Origin: Azolla caroliniana
Taxonomy: Eukaryota; Plantae; Polypodiophyta
NCBI GenBank assembly: GCA_043228905.1
Contig: JBHGNT010000021.1
Location: 8,928,001 to 8,992,000, forward strand
Direction: 5' to 3'
Length of the DNA stretch: 64,000 nucleotides
Shown: positions 21,368 through 34,064 of the stretch, piece after piece
Layout of the letters: every line of letters begins with the position of its first letter
Numbering within the stretch: position 1 is the first letter of the stretch
Position numbers and translations under genes: made by a program
Notes under the pieces: model-generated
Database searches by the model: none
What the model was told of the DNA's origin: nothing
What the model saw: only the letters and a program-made list of their open reading frames with translations

Positions 21368-24300
21368 ATGGACAAATTGTTGGGAGGCATGTTCAAGCTC
21401 ACCGGCTCCAATTACTCAGTGTGGAAGTCGAAGATGAGGGACATGCTCGTGGTTAAAAATCTTTGGTTGCTGGTTCAGTTCGAGGACAAGAGACCGGACA
21501 AAATCGATGCCACGATATGGGAGGTGGTGCACATGAAGACAACGACGTACATACAGTGCTTTATCGACATGAGTCTATACAACAACTTCAATGAAGAGAG
21601 CAAGGCTCATGAGCTCTGGGAGAAGATTGACATTATGTTTCAGATAAAAAATGTTGTTAATCAGGTTTCGGTATTTCGGAAGCTAGTAAGACTCCGGTAC
21701 CAAGATGGCTCCAACATGGCGGAGCACATGAATGCCTTCCAGGGGCTGATCCACCAGGCAACATCATTGGAAGTACCTCTCGCCGATGAGGTACTAGCAC
21801 TACTCCTGCTCGGTTCCCTCCCAGATAGCTGGGAGACGTTGGTTGTCACTTTGGGCAACGCTGGGCCGGAAGGAAAACGGTTATCCCTGGCAAGAGTGAA
21901 GTCGAGCTTGCTAGATGAGGAGGCACGTTGGAAAGACAAGGATACTGACGGGAACTGGTCGTTCTTTATGCGCAACGCTTGGCCACAATCGAGCTTAGAA
22001 TGATACATAGAAAACGGGAAATAAGATGCGACAGAAAGAAGAAGAAAATACACAGGAGGTTTACGTGGAAAACCCCAAACTAGGGGAAAAACCACGGCAG
22101 CCCACAGGCTGCAAACTGTCACTATGTAAGAATGTACAAAACAGTGAGTTCACGGAGGCCACGACCTCGTGCTCACGATCTTCGCCACAGGCGGCGGTTA
22201 CAACAGAGGCAGCGACCTCTTTTTCTCTCTCTCTCTCTTTGTACAACGTTGCGTACTCTCTCTTCTTCTTGCACCAACAAGAAGAATGACAACAACTCAC
22301 TAAAGGTTTGCCCTAAGTCATATTTATACTAATATGACTTTTCGGCTATTTACAAATATAGCCTCGATGGGCTCTCAGAAACATATTTACGAATATGTCT
22401 CTTCCTCCGGTTCTCACCGGGTTTGCGTCATCCGGCTCTCCGTAGCCGGGTGCTCCTCATCCGGTTCTCACCGGGTCTGCGTCATCCGGCTCTCCGTAGC
22501 CGGGTGCTCCTCATCCGGTTCTCACCGGGCCTGCACCATCCGGCTCTCCGTAGCCGGGTACTCCTCATCCGGTTCATACTGGGCCTGCACCATCCGGCTC
22601 TCCGTAGCGGGGTACTCCTCTTCCGGTTTCGGCCGAGGCCTATCGGCCTCGGCCGAGCTCGTTCATCAGCACTGTTCTTCTCCCTTCCCATCCGGAGGGA
22701 CCTGTCTCCCAACAAATACGAACTCCGACTCCAAAGCGCTCATTACCGAATCGGAACGCGGAAGACAAAGGAACCGTAGTCCCTAGAACCGGAAGAAGTC
22801 GGGGACACGGTCAAAGTCAAGGGGGAAGCCTACCTGCTTCTATTGCGGCAAGCCGGGACACTTCCAGAAGAATTGTCGGCACTTCAGGAAAGACAAGGAA
22901 ACCGATGGTACCGATTTGAAGCGGACACCGGACCGGAACGGTAAAGACTAGAGGGGAACGGACCGGAAGGGAACGACGGCAATCACGGCAAGTGAAGAAG
23001 AGTTGATGCTCATCACCGAGGAGAGTGAGCTAAACCTTGCCGGCGATGAGATGACCTGGGTGGTCGACTCCGGAGCGTCGTTCCACCTTACCCCGGACCG
23101 GAAATGCTTCTCATCCTACTCAGCTGGTGATCACGGCTGTGTCCAGATGGGGAATGAAGGTACATGCCGAATTGTCGGCATAGGAGACGTGTGGTTGACA
23201 ACACCAACCGGATGCAAGCTGCTGCTGAAGGATGTCCGACACGTTCCGGAGGTTCGACTGAACCTGATATGAGCCGGTCGGCTAGATGATGAAGGCTACA
23301 CGGGTAGCATCCAGAATGGTGTTATGAAGTTTAGCAAAGGGAGCCTGATTGTGGCTCGGGCCTGGAAGTCAACACGCTGTACTTGATGAATGCCCGGTTA
23401 TGCCTGGAGGAAGTGAACGTGGCATCCGACACTGTCGATGAGCTGTGGCACAAAAGGCTGTGTCACATGAGCGAGAAGGGGATGAAGACGCTTGTAGACG
23501 AAAACCTCATTCTAGTGAAGAACGTGCACTTGGAGAAGTGCACTGATTGTCTGGTAGGTAAACAAAACCGAACCTCCTTCTGATCGACGCCACCGATGAG
23601 ACGTAATGCACCACTGGAGTTGGTGCATACTGATGTATGTCAAGTGGACACGAAGTCACATGTCGGATCGCAGTACTTCGTGATGTTCATAGATGACCAC
23701 AGCCGGAAGCTGTGGGCCACACCATTGAAGACGAAGGATCAGGTGCTATCCGTCTTCAAAGAGCTCCACGTGAGAGTGGAAAGAGAAACCGGCCGGAAGC
23801 TGAAGGCGGTTCGAGCAGATAACGGAGGTGAATACCGGGGGCAGTTCGAGGAATGCTGTTGCTCGAAGGGAATCTGGCTCGAATTTACAGTGCCGAAGAC
23901 GCCGGAACTAAACGGGCTGGCCGAGAGGATGAACCGGACCATAATGGAGAGGGTCCGGAGTATGCTGGCGCATGCAAAATTACCCAAGACATTTTGGGCT
24001 GAGGTGCTGTCAACAGCGACGTATGTGATAAACAGATCACCCTCAGTGCCCTTGGATGGAGACACACCGCAAAAGGTGTGGACCGGTCAGGAAGTGTCCT
24101 ACCAGCATCTGAAGGTGTTCGGGTGTCTCGCGTACGTGCATGTTGCTAAGGACCGGAGAGGAAAGTTGGATCCAAAGACCCGGCCATGCATATTCCTCGG
24201 ATACGACGATGAGGAGTTCGGCTACCGAGTGTGGGATCTGGTTGACAAGAACGCTTTCCGGAGCCGAGATATTATCTTCATGGTGGACAAGACTCTTGCC

Positions 24301-26162
24301 GACTGGGAGTCAGAGAAGAAGATAATGAACTCCGATGAGATTCGGACACACCCGGTTAAGAGCCGGTTGACACTCGAGGAACCAGCCGGTTACGGTGAGG
24401 ATACCAAACTGGCAGAAGAAGAAGTAGAGGAAGTTGAAATCAGAACCGGCCAAGAGCCCGAATCGGATTCAGATGAAGATCAAATAGTGGAGCCGGTTGC
24501 CGAAGGCCAAAGACGGAAATATCCTCTCAGGGAGAGAAGGACCCCCGGAGATTTCCGGATGCAGAGCATGTGCTACTGACCGATGAGGGAGAGCTGGAAA
24601 GCTTTGAAGAAGCAAAGGATGACACCCACAACCGCAAATGGTTAAGTGCCATGCAGGATGAGATGGATTGCCTGCATGAGAACCATTCATACGAATTGGT
24701 GGAGTTGCCGAAAGAAAAATGGGCACTCCGAAATAAGTGGGTGTACATGTTGAAACCGGGAGATGCCGGCAACCCCCCAAGATACAAAGCCATGATCGTG
24801 GTGAAGGGGTTCCAGCAGAAGAAGGGCGTGGACTTCGACGAGATATTTGCCCCGGTAGTAAAGATGAACTTCATCCGGACGGTGTTGAGTATAGCGGCAA
24901 ACATGGACCTTGAGGTAGAGTAGCTGGACGTGAAGACGACATTCCTTCATGGTGACCTCGAAGAGGAGATCTACATGCAGCAACCGGAAGGATTCGTGGA
25001 GAAAGGGAAGGAGCACCTGGTTTGCCAGTTGAAGAAGAGCCTGTACGGACTGAAGCAGGCTCCCCGACAATGGTACCGAAAGTTCGACTCCTTCATGACC
25101 GATCAAGGGTACCACAAGATGCAGGCCGATCACTGCGTATTCGTGAAGAAGTTCGAAGGAGGCGACTTCCTGATACTCCTTCTATACGTGGACGACATGT
25201 TGATCGTCGGACGGGACCAAGCCAAAATACGGATGCTGAAGAAGGCTCTCAACCGAACTTTTGCAATGAAAGACTTGGGTCCAGCAAGACAGATGTTGGG
25301 GATGTATATCATCTAGGACTGGCCAAAGAAGCAATTGTGGTTATCACAGGAGAAGTACGTGACAAATGTGCTTCAGCGGTTCAACATGTCAGACGCGAAA
25401 CCGGTCGGATCGACACTTCCGGCAAACTGCAGATTATCCGGTAAGCAAAGCCCGAAGACGAAAGTAGAGAAGGCGGATATGATGAAGGTGCCATATGCCT
25501 CTGCCGTCTGGAGCTGAATGTACGCAATGGTGTGTACTCGACCGGATATTGGATACGCTGTCGAAGTGGTGAGCCAGTTTATGAGCAATCCTGGCAAGGA
25601 GCACTGGAATGCGGTTAAATGAATACTCCGGTACTTGAAGGGCACTTCGAATATGTGTCTCCGATTAAGCTCCGGTAAACCTCAACTTGACGGTTTTACC
25701 AATTCGGACATGTCGACTGATGTGGATACTAGCCGGTCTACATCCGAGTATGTAATGACATATGCAGGGGGAGCTGTTTCGTGGCAGTCGAGGCTGTAGA
25801 AGACGGTTGTGTTGTCAACCACGGAGGCGGAGTATATGGCGGCTGTGGAAGCCGTCAAGGAAATATTATGGATGAAGGACTTCATCGGATAGCTCGGTAT
25901 CCGGCAAGATGAATATCGGCTCTATTGCGACAGTCAAAGTGCCATCCACCTTGGTCAGAACGCAGCGTACCATTCCAGGACGAAGCATATCCAGCGTAGG
26001 TATCACTGGATCCGGGAGCGCGTAGAAGATCGAGAGTTCGCGTTGACAAAGATCCACACGGCCGAGAATGGGTCAGATATGTTGACCAAAGTACTGATAC
26101 CCGACAAGCTGGATGCATGTCAGAAGCGGATCGAACTAGTAAGACATCCCATGCCGGAGTGA
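21368..26162 (+). pseudogene. Copia gag-pol of element D, many stops and frameshifts, interrupted by a solo LTR
   Basis: WVVDSGASFH, LVHTDVC, RADNGGEY, LKKSLYGLKQAPRQW, LLYVDDML, TKHIQRRYHWIRE in copia order PR-INT-RT-RH. Confidence 0.92.
21946..22714 (-). mobile_element. Copia solo LTR inserted in the gag of element D, with a 54-bp tandem repeat
   Basis: Minus-strand start TGTTGGGAGACAGGTCCCTCCGGATGGG resembles the C and D LTR starts; TSD GATAC/AATAC; gag resumes (KDKDT|NSDSKALITES). Confidence 0.85.
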
Positions 26163-26901
26163 AGGTGGAGTTTGTTAGGAAATAGGTCCCTCCAGATGGG
26201 AAGTGAGAACCGGATGACGAGTACCCGGCAACGGAAGACTCGGTGAGAACTGGATGTGGAGTACCCGGCAACGGAAGACCTGGTGAGAACCGGATGTGGA
26301 GTACCCGGCAACGAAAGACCCGGTGAGAACCGGATGTGGCGTACCCGGCAACGGAAGACCCGGTGAGGACCGGATGTGGCGTACCCGGAAATGGAAGACC
26401 CGGTGAGAACCGGATGTTGCAGGCCCGGTGAGAATCTCTCATCGGATGGAAGGGACATATATGTAAATATGTTCCAGAGAGCCCACTGGGGCTATATTTG
26501 TAAATAGCCCGAAAGTCATATCAGTATAAATATGACCTACGGCAAAGACGATGATGTAGAGTTATTGGTGTAACTTTTGTAACTGTGTACAAAGAAGAGA
26601 GAGAGAGAGAGAGGAAGAGGTCGTTGCCTCTGTTGTAACTGCTTGGTGGTGAAGCGAGGGAGCAAGAGGTCGTTGCCTCTGTGCCCCATTGTTGTATTAC
26701 TTTACATAGTGATATTTTGTAGTCTGAGGACTGCTGTGGTTTTTTCCCATAATTGGGTTTTTCCACGTTAACATCTTGTGCACTCTCTTCTTTACTGTTT
26801 TGTGCGTAGATACATCTTCCCACATCCCTGTTTTCTGTGATTGATCCGACGTCTCGGTTGTGGCCGAGCATAGCTTAGGGAATCGTATTCCTGTCAGATA
26901 A

Positions 26902-27099
26902 TGTCTCGGTTCAATTAACATATTTTGAACAACAACAACTTGATGAAATCTTAAATGATTTTCGTGATGTTTTTCCGAGTGAAATACCAGATGGGTTACC
27001 TCCTAAACGTAATATAGACCATCGTATAGATATTGTACCTGGCATTGCACCAATAAGTATACCTCATCGCTTAAGTCAATCCAAAGAGGATGAGGTATC
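26902..27099 (+). pseudogene. Host chromovirus PR-RT linker fragment between elements D and F
   Basis: ILNDFRDVFPSEIPDGLPPKRNIDHRIDIVPG; continues as SKQLKDYL at 34065. Confidence 0.85.
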
Positions 27100-30000
27100 T
27101 GATAGGGGTGTATAAGATAATAGATAGTTATACACTATATGAGGGCTTGACCAAACCGATTAGATGGAGTTGAAAATCATAATATATTATATAGCTCTAG
27201 GTAATTATGATTAGAGAGTATAACTCAAGAAACTAAGAAAAAAGATAGAGAAAGCGAGCAAGAAATAAGAATGTTCTGATATTCCAACATCAAGAGAATA
27301 CAAAGGAGACAAACTCCACATTGAACTAAAACCAAAGACCTTCCTCTTCTAAGACACTTCTTCCTAACACTCCTCATTCACTCTTTTCCTTTACTCTTCC
27401 CCCCCTTCTCACTAATATCACTTCTTCTTTTATAACCTTCCTCTTCTTATCCACGTTCATGCTATTTTTAGAAGCTTTTTATCTCCCTATTTTTAGCTAT
27501 GACACATAGACCTTCTAATCGTCATATCTCCCTCATCCGATATCCAAATTAAGCGATTTAAAAAGCTATAGAAAGCTCTTTTTACAAGCTTTCTAATCCA
27601 TATTTAAACGTGATATTTGGATAAACAACGAGGGAGTTATGACCATTCTATTTTTACTGTTTTTTATAGTCTGCGTTTTCTCTTTTTACTTTTCTCTTGG
27701 TCTCGTACTTTTACTTTTGACTTCTTTCCTAAGGTCTTAGTTCGTGTTCTTATCCTCAAAAGGTGAATTATCTATACTTTATATTCTCCTAATGTTCAAT
27801 GGCTTAGATTCTAAAAACACTTTCACATTTAGCCCTCCTCCTTGTTAGAGGCTAAGCCATTTATGGCGAAGCACTTATTGGCAGTACTTAACAAACAAAA
27901 GCTCTCTCGCCAATCTCTTGGCTATAGACAATGAGAGAGATATAATAAAAAGAAAATAAAAAGATGTGAGTAAAACCCCCGCTAATCGGTAGGAAAAACC
28001 TCACATTCTCTACAAATAAAAAAGATAATCACTATTACCATCTTCCTCTTTGTTAATAGAGAGAAAGATGGGTCTACAATATGGACTATTAAGAAAATAA
28101 TGTATGGGGAAACAAGTCCACTTCTTGCTCCCATCCATCCGTATCAACAATATCATTAGTAACTTGGGGAATATAAGTAGGTCCCCGAGTTACATACTTT
28201 TTAAGGCGCCATCCGTTCACTCGATAAGAATGAAGTGCTCCATCCACATCTTTCAATTGGTAACTTCCGTTGTCATACTTTTTGTGAACCACAAAGGGTC
28301 CTTCCCACTTATTATCAAGCTTTTGTCCTTGAATATAATCATATCTATTATCATACCTAAGAACCAATGATCCTTCTTCAATGTGGTTGCCCTTGTGTTT
28401 TTTGTCATATGCCTCCTTTCTCTTCATTGCTTGATTTAAGTAATGCTCCACAGCTTCTTCTCTTGAATATTGTAGTAGATGGTTGCTCGCTAAACGACTC
28501 ATCACATCATTTCCTTTTGAGCGATGCGATGCCTCCATTAGTCTATTACTTTTGATCTCAAGTTCGATCGGAAGTAACGCTTCTTTTCCATAAACCAAAT
28601 AAAAAGGAGTAAAACCTGTGGAGGATTTATAAGAAACTCTATAAGCCCAAAGAGTATCATCCAAATACCTATCCCATGTTCTTACTTTGTCTTGCACTAA
28701 CTTTGTCAAATTCTTCACTATAAGCCCATTCACTTTCTCAACTGCACCATTTGCTTGAGGATAATAAGGCGTTGAATATCGATGCTTAATCTTCAACTTG
28801 CTTAATAGACAAGCTAACATTTCACTCCTAAAACCGGGTCCATGATCGGATACAATCTCCATGGGAACTCCAAATCTCGTACAAATATTCTTATACACAA
28901 ATTGGGCTACATCTTTGGCTTTAATCGAGGAAGTTGCTATAGCTTCCACCCACTTTGTCATGTAGTCAATGGCCACCAAAATAAACTCTTTACCATGTTG
29001 AGTTTTCGGAAGAGGTCCTACTGCATCAATTCCCCATTTCTCGAATGGAGCAAACACCACAATGGGTTGTAAAGGTCCACTTTGTAGATGTCTTATTCCC
29101 GCTTTTTGACATGCATCACAAGATCTACACCAATCATGCACATCCCTATGGATAGTAGGCCATGTAAAACCAATTAGTAAAATCTTTCTTATCATTATAT
29201 CATGGGCTAAATGCCCACCACAAACTTCTTCATGCAACTTAAAGAGTATCTTTATAATCTCGCTTTTGTTAGGAACTCTTCGTAAAACTCCATCTTTCCC
29301 TTTGTTGTACAAATCTTCACCCACCAAATGATATTGTGAAGCCTTTGCCACCAAACGCTTTCTTTGCAAAGCATTGAGGTTATTTGGAAACTCTCCTTTA
29401 TTAAGAAAATTATGTACTTCCTCTAGGGAGTCTACATCTTTGCACGTCTCCAAAACACCAACGAAACCTTCCTTGATCTTATCTAATTGGGCTTGAGCTA
29501 ATGCATCCGCTTCTTTATTGTATAATCTCCCCACATGCTTAACCTGTATCTTTTCAAAAGACCTTAGTAGACTCATTGCTTCTTTATAAAAATTTCTAAG
29601 CCCATCACTTTGACATTTCCAATTGCCTTGAATTTGTTTAATTACCAATAAGGAATCACCCTTAAGAATTAATCTTTTTATCTTCATAGCTTTACATAGA
29701 CGAAGACCATAACACAAGGTAGCATACTCCGCTTCATTATTTGAATTCACACCACTTAATGTAATACCTTCACTTTTTACTCTGTCTCCTTGAGGATCCT
29801 TGAGAATAATCCCACCCACGGCTATGTTTGTGGCTTTGCGAAATGCCCCATCAAAGAATAAGGTGAATGCATCCTCCATATCCGGCTCGGGAAGTGCCTT
29901 TCGTAGCTTTACCAAGTCTTCTTCATGAAAGGTTTCTCTAAAGGTGAGAAGATCCGCCAATTCGGCACGCATAGTTGATTCCAATTTGACTTCAAAATCA

Positions 30001-33000
30001 AACTCCGCCAATAGTAGAGCCCATTTAGCAATTCGTGCTGAAATGCTCACATGTTGGAGTACATATGGGAGTAATGACATGCTAGTGATTATTACAAAAT
30101 GATGAGGTAGTAGAAAGCTTCTAAACTTTTTACAAGCATATATAAGAGCTAACATCCACTTTTCTACTTCTAAGAATTCTTTCTCTACATCAGACATGGC
30201 TTTACTAATAAAATATATAGGATGCATAAGTCTATTTTCAGAATCTTGTTGCATAAGAATGGCTCCTATAGCATGAGATCCAACACTAAGAGAAAGAAAG
30301 AAGGTAGATGTTCTATCAGGTGGCTTTAGAATAGGAGCATTACATAATAGTTCTTTTATTCTTACATATTGCTCTTCAGTTGTAGATGTCCACAAGAAGT
30401 TGTTGGTGCGAAGAATAATGCGAAAAGGATAGAGAATTTGGGCCAACATATGAATGAATCGTTCAAAGTAACGAACTTTTTGAACAAATACCTCCAAATC
30501 TTTGATACTCGTGGGTGTTGTCATCTTTTGAATTGCTTCAATCTTTGAGCTATCAACTTTGATTCCTTCTTGAGACACCACATGACCAAGCATCACCACC
30601 TCCTTTTCACCTATGTGACACTTCTCTGGGTTGAGTTGCATTTTGCATTCCTCCAATCTTTTGAATGCCAAGCGAACCTTTTCCAAATGGTCTTTCCTGC
30701 TACTATAAATTGCAAAGTCATCCATAAAGACTCTAACAAACTTTCCAAAGAATGGTTGGAATACATGAATAGCAAGACGATTAAATGTAAAAACAGCATT
30801 TGTGAGTCCAAAGGGCATGCATCGATATGCAAAGCATCCCCATGGAGTGATGAATGTCGTCTTCTTTTGATCCTCTTCCGCAATACGAATTTGAAAATAA
30901 CCTGAATAGCCATCACAAACAGAGTACATTTCATGACCCGCAATTTCATCTAATATTTCATCTTGGAAAGGGAGAGGAAAGTGATCCCTCTTGGTAGCCG
31001 CATTTAGAGGTTTGTAATCAACACAAACCCTCCATTTTCCATTCTTTTTAGGTACCACCACAATGGGCGAAACCCATTCAGAATCTTCCACTGGGTAAAT
31101 GAATTGTGCACGCAACAAAGCTTTGACTTCCTTTAATAAGGCCTCCTTTTGCACGTGACCTAGCCTTCGCAACTTTTGCGCAACGGGAGTTGTACCCTCC
31201 TTTAGATTTATGTGATGTTGGATGACATCTACACCCCTAATATGAGCATAATCACTAATGAAAAGGTTAGGAAATTCAGAAATCAAATTAATAAATTGTT
31301 GCCTCTCTTGCCCTTTAAGATCTTTAGAAATCATCTTCTCTTTTTGCTCCATAGTAATTAAACCTCTTTCATCATCTTCTTCCTTCAAAACGGCATATGA
31401 TGTGGTCATTTCCCATTCTGACGAGGAATCTTCACTTTCATCACTTTCATATGCGGACCCACTATCATATTCAGTTATTCCATCTTCTTCTTTCTCAATA
31501 AGTCTTTGTTGCCGCATATCATAATGTATGCTCACTCCTTTTGATGGCGTTATGGTCATCAAACCTTTGCTCCAATCTTGGACAACATTGAGTTCTTGCA
31601 TCCATGGTCGTCCTAGTACCAAAGAATATGACGGTCCTTTTAGTGGTATTACATGAAAATCCATGGAAATGCTTACCCCAAAACACTTGATGACAACATC
31701 CTCCACTATGCCAATGCAATGGACCACTCCACCATCGGCTACAGCCACTCTTGCCGAAGATGACCTACTTATAGGAATTCCCACTTTGTTTACCACAAAT
31801 TCAGAAATCAAGCTTACTCTAGCACCACTATCAACCAACGCATCTTTGATGTGAAACCCTTTGATGGAGACGGGGATGGTGGGTCGTATGTCCTTTCGAT
31901 CTTCTACTCGCACGATTCCCACATAATGCACAGTCTTCCGACTTTGGCGAATACTTGCAAGTCGCCCCCACTCCTTTCGTAATGTGGGAGATAATTGGAG
32001 AAGTTGCGGCCATGTTATCCTTGGTCCACTTGAAATCAACTCATGCTTCAAATTGAAAGCTTCTACACCTTCACCCATAGGAATGTCCTCCATCTTGATC
32101 TTTCTTCTAGAGTGTCTCCTTCTCAATTTTTCCTCTTTCTCATTCTCCTTAGACTTCTTCTTTTGTCTTGAGGCACTAGATTCTCCTTCAACTTCTTTCT
32201 CCTTTTGCGAGGACCTTGTCCTTTTCACAGGAGCTACTTCAAAAGAATTATCACTATCATCAATAAAATTAAGAAGATTCACATTATGAGGAATTGTAGG
32301 AACCTGAGCCATAGGGAGTGTTACGTTTCCTTCGACTTCATTGTTGTTAGGTCGTTGTCCATTCCTTTGCACTTGATAAATGCCTCTTCCCATGCCTCTT
32401 TGTTGTCGATGAGGACATCTTGTTGAGATGTGTCCCTCCTCTTGACAAGAATAACAAATTACACCGTGATGCCCTCTAGAGCCACCACCATCGGGAATAG
32501 TGTTGTGAATTGCTTGGGATTGTCGCAAGTGGGTCATCACTTCATCAAAGCGCCGATTTACCAATGCCATGGTATCTTGTTCACTCCTCACTTGTTCAAC
32601 TTCTTGGGATATACTTGTTGGGTTTATTGTTGTGGTGGTATACACATTTGGAAACACTTGTCCCCCGTGCACAATTGAAGATGAGGCTTGAAAGTTGGCA
32701 CGAGGCATCAAATTTGCACCCAAAGCCGTCATTTGGGGATCCCCCAAGGAGCTCATCATCTTCACTTGTCGATCATAAGCTTGACAAACTTGGATAAGAG
32801 CTTGAAACGATGTGGGATCCTTCAAGTTTGCTTCCAAACGGAAATACATATCAAGACCCATCTTGAATCGTTCCATTTTAAACCACTCGTCTTCAGTGCC
32901 GCCACGAAGACGAATCCATGTAGTCCACAAATCCTTGAAATTTCTTTCATACTCAGTGAAACCAATTGGTGATTCCATCTTTAGTCGAAATAGCTCTTCC

Positions 33001-34064
33001 CTTACTTTGGTTGCACTTCGTCGTTGAATATATTTGGCACGAAACTGGTGCACCAACAATTGATATGCTCCCTGTTGGTTTGGAGGAAGAGAGTCATACC
33101 AATCTCGAGCTCGACCATAGAATGTAGCTACCAATAAAGGTAACTTCTCATTGTCGGTGATGCGTCCAATAGAGACAGCATGATGCTCAAAAGATGCCAA
33201 AAAGGCACCCGCATCTTGTGTTCTTTCACCTGAAAATGCAAATTGCATAGCTAAGTTAATGTAATATAGTAACACAATTAAATGATAAGTTCTCCCTCCT
33301 ATACGGAAAGGATCCGCCCTCCCTGGAGCGCCAAAATGATAGGGGTGTATAAGATAATAGATAGTTATACACTATATGAGGGCTTGACCAAACCGATTAG
33401 ATGGAGTTGAAAATCATAATATATTATATAGCTCTAGGTAATTATGATTAGAGAGTATAACTCAAGAAACTAAGAAAAAAGATAGAGAAAGCGAGCAAGA
33501 AATAAGAATGTTCTGATATTCCAACATCAAGAGAATACAAAGGAGACAAACTCCACATTGAACTAAAACCAAAGACCTTCCTCTTCTAAGACACTTCTTC
33601 CTAACACTCCTCATTCACTCTTTTCCTTTACTCTTCCCCCCCTTCTCACTAATATCACTTCTTCTTTTATAACCTTCCTCTTCTTATCCACGTTCATGCT
33701 ATTTTTAGAAGCTTTTTATCTCCCTATTTTTAGCTATGACACATCGACCTTCTAATCGTCATATCTCCCTCATCCGATATCCAAATTAAGCGATTTAAAA
33801 AGCTATAGAAAGATCTTTTTACAAGCTTTCTAATCCATATTTAAACGTGATATTTGGATAAACAACGAGGGAGTTATGACCATTCTATTTTTACTGTTTT
33901 TTATAGTCTGCGTTTTCTCTTTTTACTTTTCTCTTGGTCTCGTACTTTTACTTTTGACTTCTTTCCTAAGGTCTTAGTTCGTGTTCTTATCCTCAAAAGG
34001 TGAATTATCTATACTTTATATTCTCCTAATGTTCAATGGCTTAGATTCTAAAAACACTTTCACA
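27100..34064 (-). mobile_element. Element F: intact Ty3/gypsy of the Athila/Tat (OTA) group with an additional RNase H
   Basis: 728-bp LTRs 33337-34064 and 27100-27827 (~2 differences); PBS TGGCGCTCCAGGGAGGG 33333-33317 (tRNA-Arg or Asn-like, unresolved); PPT AAGGAGGAGGGCTAAA; TSD GTATC (27095-27099, 34065-34069). Confidence 0.96.
28089..33248 (-). CDS. Single-ORF Gag-PR-RT-RH(degenerate)-aRH-INT polyprotein of element F
   Basis: CYSCQEEGHISTRC; ALVDSGA; CDGYSGYFQ, VFMDD; extra RNase H FFDGA..NNEAEY..GDSLLV..NKEADALA; integrase WGIDAVGP, SDHG, VEKVNG, WEGPF. Confidence 0.95.
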   Translation of the reverse strand: MQFAFSGERTQDAGAFLASFEHHAVSIGRITDNEKLPLLVATFYGRARDWYDSLPPNQQGAYQLLVHQFRAKYIQRRSATKVREELFRLKMESPIGFTEYERNFKDLWTTWIRLRGGTEDEWFKMERFKMGLDMYFRLEANLKDPTSFQALIQVCQAYDRQVKMMSSLGDPQMTALGANLMPRANFQASSSIVHGGQVFPNVYTTTTINPTSISQEVEQVRSEQDTMALVNRRFDEVMTHLRQSQAIHNTIPDGGGSRGHHGVICYSCQEEGHISTRCPHRQQRGMGRGIYQVQRNGQRPNNNEVEGNVTLPMAQVPTIPHNVNLLNFIDDSDNSFEVAPVKRTRSSQKEKEVEGESSASRQKKKSKENEKEEKLRRRHSRRKIKMEDIPMGEGVEAFNLKHELISSGPRITWPQLLQLSPTLRKEWGRLASIRQSRKTVHYVGIVRVEDRKDIRPTIPVSIKGFHIKDALVDSGARVSLISEFVVNKVGIPISRSSSARVAVADGGVVHCIGIVEDVVIKCFGVSISMDFHVIPLKGPSYSLVLGRPWMQELNVVQDWSKGLMTITPSKGVSIHYDMRQQRLIEKEEDGITEYDSGSAYESDESEDSSSEWEMTTSYAVLKEEDDERGLITMEQKEKMISKDLKGQERQQFINLISEFPNLFISDYAHIRGVDVIQHHINLKEGTTPVAQKLRRLGHVQKEALLKEVKALLRAQFIYPVEDSEWVSPIVVVPKKNGKWRVCVDYKPLNAATKRDHFPLPFQDEILDEIAGHEMYSVCDGYSGYFQIRIAEEDQKKTTFITPWGCFAYRCMPFGLTNAVFTFNRLAIHVFQPFFGKFVRVFMDDFAIYSSRKDHLEKVRLAFKRLEECKMQLNPEKCHIGEKEVVMLGHVVSQEGIKVDSSKIEAIQKMTTPTSIKDLEVFVQKVRYFERFIHMLAQILYPFRIILRTNNFLWTSTTEEQYVRIKELLCNAPILKPPDRTSTFFLSLSVGSHAIGAILMQQDSENRLMHPIYFISKAMSDVEKEFLEVEKWMLALIYACKKFRSFLLPHHFVIITSMSLLPYVLQHVSISARIAKWALLLAEFDFEVKLESTMRAELADLLTFRETFHEEDLVKLRKALPEPDMEDAFTLFFDGAFRKATNIAVGGIILKDPQGDRVKSEGITLSGVNSNNEAEYATLCYGLRLCKAMKIKRLILKGDSLLVIKQIQGNWKCQSDGLRNFYKEAMSLLRSFEKIQVKHVGRLYNKEADALAQAQLDKIKEGFVGVLETCKDVDSLEEVHNFLNKGEFPNNLNALQRKRLVAKASQYHLVGEDLYNKGKDGVLRRVPNKSEIIKILFKLHEEVCGGHLAHDIMIRKILLIGFTWPTIHRDVHDWCRSCDACQKAGIRHLQSGPLQPIVVFAPFEKWGIDAVGPLPKTQHGKEFILVAIDYMTKWVEAIATSSIKAKDVAQFVYKNICTRFGVPMEIVSDHGPGFRSEMLACLLSKLKIKHRYSTPYYPQANGAVEKVNGLIVKNLTKLVQDKVRTWDRYLDDTLWAYRVSYKSSTGFTPFYLVYGKEALLPIELEIKSNRLMEASHRSKGNDVMSRLASNHLLQYSREEAVEHYLNQAMKRKEAYDKKHKGNHIEEGSLVLRYDNRYDYIQGQKLDNKWEGPFVVHKKYDNGSYQLKDVDGALHSYRVNGWRLKKYVTRGPTYIPQVTNDIVDTDGWEQEVDLFPHTLFS

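Larger units (their letters stand above)
20696..26896 (+). mobile_element. Element D: decayed Ty1/copia (Tork/TAR-like), related to element C
   Basis: LTRs 20696-21337 and 26173-26896; PBS TGGTATCAGAGC 21341-21352; PPT GAAGGTGGAG; TSD GATAA (20691-20695, 26897-26901). Confidence 0.95.
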
